From Chthoniobacteraceae bacterium (GTDB lineage Bacteria; Verrucomicrobiota; Verrucomicrobiia; Chthoniobacterales; Chthoniobacteraceae), in contig JBEBGD010000050.1 in assembly GCA_040081625.1 (NCBI GenBank), forward strand, positions 1 through 37,353: a stretch of DNA of 37,353 nt, in the 5' to 3' direction. This document shows, in pieces, positions 34,016-37,353 of the stretch. Position 1 is the stretch's first letter. Each line of letters starts with the position of its first letter. The notes below the pieces were generated by a model. It was not told the origin of the DNA, did no database searches, and saw only the letters and a program-made list of their open reading frames with translations. The translations under genes were made by a program, and so were the position numbers.

Positions 34016-34459
34016 ATGAAAACCAAAGTAACAACCCTCATCCTCACCCTCACCACCTGCTTCGCCTTCGGTCATGCCGACATCGAAATCGGGCCGAACG
34101 GCGGCCGCGTCCTCGAGTTCAGCAAAGACGAATCGATGCACGGCGAACTGACCGTGAAAGACGGCAAGTTCCACGTCGCCTTGCTCGACAAGAACCTGAA
34201 GCCCGTGAAGCTGGACAAGCAATCGCTCACCGCGACCGGCGGCACGCGCGAGAAGCCGGAGAAGCTCGCCGTCGAGAAAACCGACAAGGGCTTCGTCGTC
34301 CCGCTCGTGAAGGCGGGGCAATGGCTGATCCTGCAATACAAGCACACGCCGGAAGCCAAGGCCGTCACCGCCCGGCTCGAATACGACACCTCGACCTGCG
34401 GATCGTGCAAGAAGGTCGAGTGGATGTGCGACTGCGGGTCGAAGAACAAGAAGAAGTAG
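34016..34459 (+). CDS. Hypothetical exported protein, likely a metal-binding accessory of the efflux operon
   Basis: Signal peptide ending AFG-H, GPNGGR, and a C-terminal CGSC..WMCDC motif. Confidence 0.75.
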   Translation: MKTKVTTLILTLTTCFAFGHADIEIGPNGGRVLEFSKDESMHGELTVKDGKFHVALLDKNLKPVKLDKQSLTATGGTREKPEKLAVEKTDKGFVVPLVKAGQWLILQYKHTPEAKAVTARLEYDTSTCGSCKKVEWMCDCGSKNKKK

Positions 34460-34504
34460 CAGGCTGGCGTTTGCGCGCGGGGTTTGATTCCCTGCGCGCC
34501 CGCC

Positions 34505-35980
34505 ATGCCGCATTTCTCCTGGCCGATCGACGGCTCCATCGTCGGACTTTATCTCGCGATCACGATGATCGCGGGGTTGCTCGTGCGCAAATACGTGAGC
34601 CGCGTGGAGGACTTCCTCGTCGCGGGGCGCGAGATGAATCTGTATCTCGGCATCGCGTCGCTCGCGGCGACGGAGTTCGGCATCATCACGTGCATGTATA
34701 CGGCGCAGGCGGGCTACGCGAATGGCTTCGCGGGCGCGTTCCCCGGCATCTGCCAGGCGGTCGCGATGTTCGTGATCGGCGTGAGCGGCTTTTGCGTGAA
34801 GCCGCTGCGCGACTCGGGCGCGATGACGCTGCCGGAGCTTTTCGAGAAACGCTTCGGCAAGTTCGTGCGCTGGCTCGCGGGCGTGGTGATCGTGCTCGGC
34901 GGGCTGCTGAACATGGGCGTCTTCCTCAAGATCGGCGGCGACTTCCTCTGCCTCGTGTGCGGCTTCGATCTCAGCTACCTCGCGTGGGTCATGGGCGCGC
35001 TGCTGCTCATGGTCGCGATCTACACGATCCTCGGCGGGATGCTCTCGGTGCTCGTGACCGACTTCCTCCAGTTCATCGTGATGAGCGCGGGCTTGCTCGT
35101 GGTGACGGTGATGATCCTGAACCACGTCGGCTGGGAAAAGATCGTCGCGACCGTCGAGCAGCATCACGGCGCGGGAGGGTTCAATCCGCTCGCGAATCCG
35201 AACCTCGGCTGGGCCTTCGTGATTTTTCAAATCCTCGCGAACACCGCGGCGACGCTGACGTGGCAGACGACGATCTCGCGCCTGCTCGCGGCGAAGGACT
35301 CGAGCACGGGGCGCAAAGTCTATACGCGCACGAGCTTCTTCTTCGTGTGCCGCTGGATGATCCCCGGCCTGTGGGGCATCGCGGCGCTGGCCATGCTCTC
35401 GCCCGACGTGCGCGCGGGGCTCGCCGATCCTTCGCTGCACGCGATGCCGGTGTTCCTCGCGACGTTTGTGCCGGTGGGATTGATGGGCCTGCTCATCGCG
35501 GCGATGCTCGCGGCGGATATGTCCACCAACTCGAGCTACATGCTCGGCTGGGGCAGCGTGATCTATAACGACATCCTCGCGCCTTTCCGCCGCAAGGCGT
35601 GGTCGCACAGCCGCGGGCTGCTGTGGAACCGCTGCATCGTCGCGGCCATCGGCGTGTATCTCTTCGTCTTCGGCCTGCTTTACCAGATCGAGGGAAATGT
35701 GTGGTCCTACCTGCTGCTCACCGGCTCGATCTATCTCTCGAGCATGTCGGTGCTGCTGATCGCGTGCTGCTACTGGCGCCGCGCGAACAACTGGGGCGCG
35801 CTCGGCGCGATCATCCTCGGCGCCGCGGTGCCGATCGCGCATCTCGCGATGGAAAAGATCGCGGCGACCGCGGGCTTCGCAGCATCCATCGGCAAGGAAC
35901 AGGCGGGCATCGCGGCCTTCGTCGCGGCGGCGCTCGGGATGATCATCGGCTCACTTCTCAAACCCCGCACCACCGCATGA
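34505..35980 (+). CDS. Sodium:solute symporter family transporter
   Basis: DFLVAGR, SLAATE, TLPELFEKRFG, YTILGGMLSVLVTDFLQ and GLLIAAMLAADMST. Confidence 0.92.
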   Translation: MPHFSWPIDGSIVGLYLAITMIAGLLVRKYVSRVEDFLVAGREMNLYLGIASLAATEFGIITCMYTAQAGYANGFAGAFPGICQAVAMFVIGVSGFCVKPLRDSGAMTLPELFEKRFGKFVRWLAGVVIVLGGLLNMGVFLKIGGDFLCLVCGFDLSYLAWVMGALLLMVAIYTILGGMLSVLVTDFLQFIVMSAGLLVVTVMILNHVGWEKIVATVEQHHGAGGFNPLANPNLGWAFVIFQILANTAATLTWQTTISRLLAAKDSSTGRKVYTRTSFFFVCRWMIPGLWGIAALAMLSPDVRAGLADPSLHAMPVFLATFVPVGLMGLLIAAMLAADMSTNSSYMLGWGSVIYNDILAPFRRKAWSHSRGLLWNRCIVAAIGVYLFVFGLLYQIEGNVWSYLLLTGSIYLSSMSVLLIACCYWRRANNWGALGAIILGAAVPIAHLAMEKIAATAGFAASIGKEQAGIAAFVAAALGMIIGSLLKPRTTA

Positions 35981-36132
35981 CGCACGGCCACCCGTTCTGG
36001 TTCATCCTCATCTGGGTGTGCGTCGTTTGGTATTCGACCACGACGATCTACGTGGCGATCCGCGGCGCCGCGGACATCAAGGCGATGCTGCGGCGGCTCA
36101 AACTCAAGGACGCCGATCGCGACGCGAGGTGA
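35977..36132 (+). CDS. Small single-TM protein translationally coupled to the symporter
   Basis: ATGA overlap; MTHGHPFWFILIWVCVVWYSTTTIYVAIRGAADIKAMLRRL. Confidence 0.65.
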   Translation: MTHGHPFWFILIWVCVVWYSTTTIYVAIRGAADIKAMLRRLKLKDADRDAR

Positions 36133-36187
36133 ACACCGCGCGTGATTCGCGTGAATAGCGCGGCGGTGCGCCGCGTCGGAGCGTGCC

Positions 36188-36967
36188 ATGATCGAATCAC
36201 TCGAGACCCGCATCGCCCCCGCCGCCGTCGTCAGCTTCTTTGAAGTCGATGGCGACAAAGTCACCGTAAAGACCAACCGCGGCACGACGGCGCAGCTCGA
36301 GGAGGCGTTGCTCATCACCCGCGGCACCACGGGCGTGGACGGGTTCACGCTCGATCTCATCGCGACTCCCGAGTTGGCGGCGGCGTTCGCCGGGACGAAT
36401 GTCACGATCACCGCGAGCGGGCCGGGCAACAAGCTGGCGGACTTCGTGGCGATCAACGCGTTCAACGGCGGCGGCGCGGACAACATCGACCTCAACAAGG
36501 TGAACGTGAAAGGCAACCTCGTCTTCATCGACGTGGGCGACAACGCGGGCGGGCTCGCGATCAATTCGCTCACCGTCACCAGTTTCGTGCCGGACAAAGG
36601 CGAGCCCTTCGCGACGGTCTCGGAGATTCACGGCGACATCAACTGCGTGAACGTGAAGCGGGACTTCAACGGATTCATCCAGTCCGTGGACATGAGCGGC
36701 GCGGCGAACTTCACCGACGCCCTCGGGACGATCATCGGCAAATTCATCGTCGGCGGCTATGTCGCCTCCGGCAGCGGTGACGACGTGGGCCACTTGCAGG
36801 TGAACGGGATCAACAAGCTGGTGATCAAGAAGACGATGTTCGGCGCGACGACCGACTCGGACATGGATGGGACGCTCGACCGGCACAACGGGAGCATCGA
36901 GACGACGTTCATCAACCTGATGGCCATCAAGCGGATGAGCCTCGGCGCGTCGATCGTGCTGACGTAG
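36188..36967 (+). CDS. Extracellular-type protein with N-terminal IESLETRIAP motif
   Basis: N-terminus parallels that of 15153-16736 (LESRIAP..DGDRVTITVSKG vs LETRIAP..DGDKVTVKTNRG); beta-solenoid-like Gly/Asn/Val-rich body. Confidence 0.75.
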   Translation: MIESLETRIAPAAVVSFFEVDGDKVTVKTNRGTTAQLEEALLITRGTTGVDGFTLDLIATPELAAAFAGTNVTITASGPGNKLADFVAINAFNGGGADNIDLNKVNVKGNLVFIDVGDNAGGLAINSLTVTSFVPDKGEPFATVSEIHGDINCVNVKRDFNGFIQSVDMSGAANFTDALGTIIGKFIVGGYVASGSGDDVGHLQVNGINKLVIKKTMFGATTDSDMDGTLDRHNGSIETTFINLMAIKRMSLGASIVLT

Positions 36968-37029
36968 GGCGCGGGAGGGGAAGGCGGGGGTTACTCTGTT
37001 GGACAGAAGGAGCCGGCGGCGTGCAGTGG

Positions 37030-37241
37030 GCGGAAATCCTCCTGCATTGGGCTGAATGCACGCTGCATTGGGCCCAATGCAGCAGGATGTGGGGCCAATG
37101 CAGCAGGCTTTCCGCCCAATGCAGCAGGATGTGAGGCCAATGCAGCAGGCTTTCCGCCCAATGCGGCAGGATGTGGGGCCAATGCGGCAGGCTTTCCGCC
37201 CAATGCAGCAGGATGCGGGGCCAATGCAGCAGGCTTTCCGC
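37030..37241. repeat. 21-bp-unit array: 4 x 42-bp tandem repeat plus two inverted degenerate units
   Basis: 37074-37241 is (CCAATGCAGCAGGATGTGGGG CCAATGCAGCAGGCTTTCCGC) x4 with few substitutions; 37030-37071 holds two reverse-complement units. Confidence 0.92.
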
Positions 37242-37255
37242 CCACGGCTGGCGGC

Positions 37256-37353
37256 TCAGGTCAGCCGCAGGTCGTAGGTGAGCAGGTCTTCGCGCAGCTT
37301 GCGGCAGGGGGCGGCGATGGCGGGGGCTTCGGCGGGGTCGCACCGGGCGAAGA
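37256..37353 (-). CDS. 3' end of an unidentified gene (partial)
   Basis: Minus-strand frame reads FARCDPAEAPAIAAPCRKLREDLLTYDLRLT* with host-like GC3 codons; stop at 37258-37256. Confidence 0.5.
   Translation of the reverse strand, partial: FARCDPAEAPAIAAPCRKLREDLLTYDLRLT

Noticed and set aside
37074..37241. CRISPR array
   Set aside because: The units are contiguous tandem repeats without unique spacers, and there are no cas genes in the window.

Overview
High-GC bacterial chromosomal segment of mostly housekeeping, envelope and accessory genes. The gene content and repeat style suggest a Verrucomicrobiota (Chthoniobacter-like) organism, which is an inference. Genes include a TonB/TolA C-terminus, an ECF sigma/anti-sigma operon, thrS, an RsbU/RsbW pair, a gluconolactonase, a lipocalin, LptF/G, a DinG-like helicase, a heavy-metal RND efflux operon and a sodium:solute symporter. 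The standout signal is a REP/RAYT system (REP-associated HUH tyrosine transposase) that has entered protein-coding genes without breaking them. (i) A free-standing RAYT gene flanked by two REP-doublet (REPIN-like) elements sits just upstream of thrS. (ii) A second RAYT domain with intact-looking catalytic motifs, bounded by 55-bp REP-type inverted repeats and a 9-bp direct repeat, is inserted in frame in the catalytic domain of threonyl-tRNA synthetase. (iii) A 100-bp element with the same arms as those in (i) is translated in frame inside the CusA/CzcA permease about 25 kb away. The window also holds several other periodic or inverted repeats (7-, 9-, 21/42-bp periods) and an AT-richer islet encoding an ImmA/IrrE-like peptidase. 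All calls come from motif recognition by eye; no searches were run.
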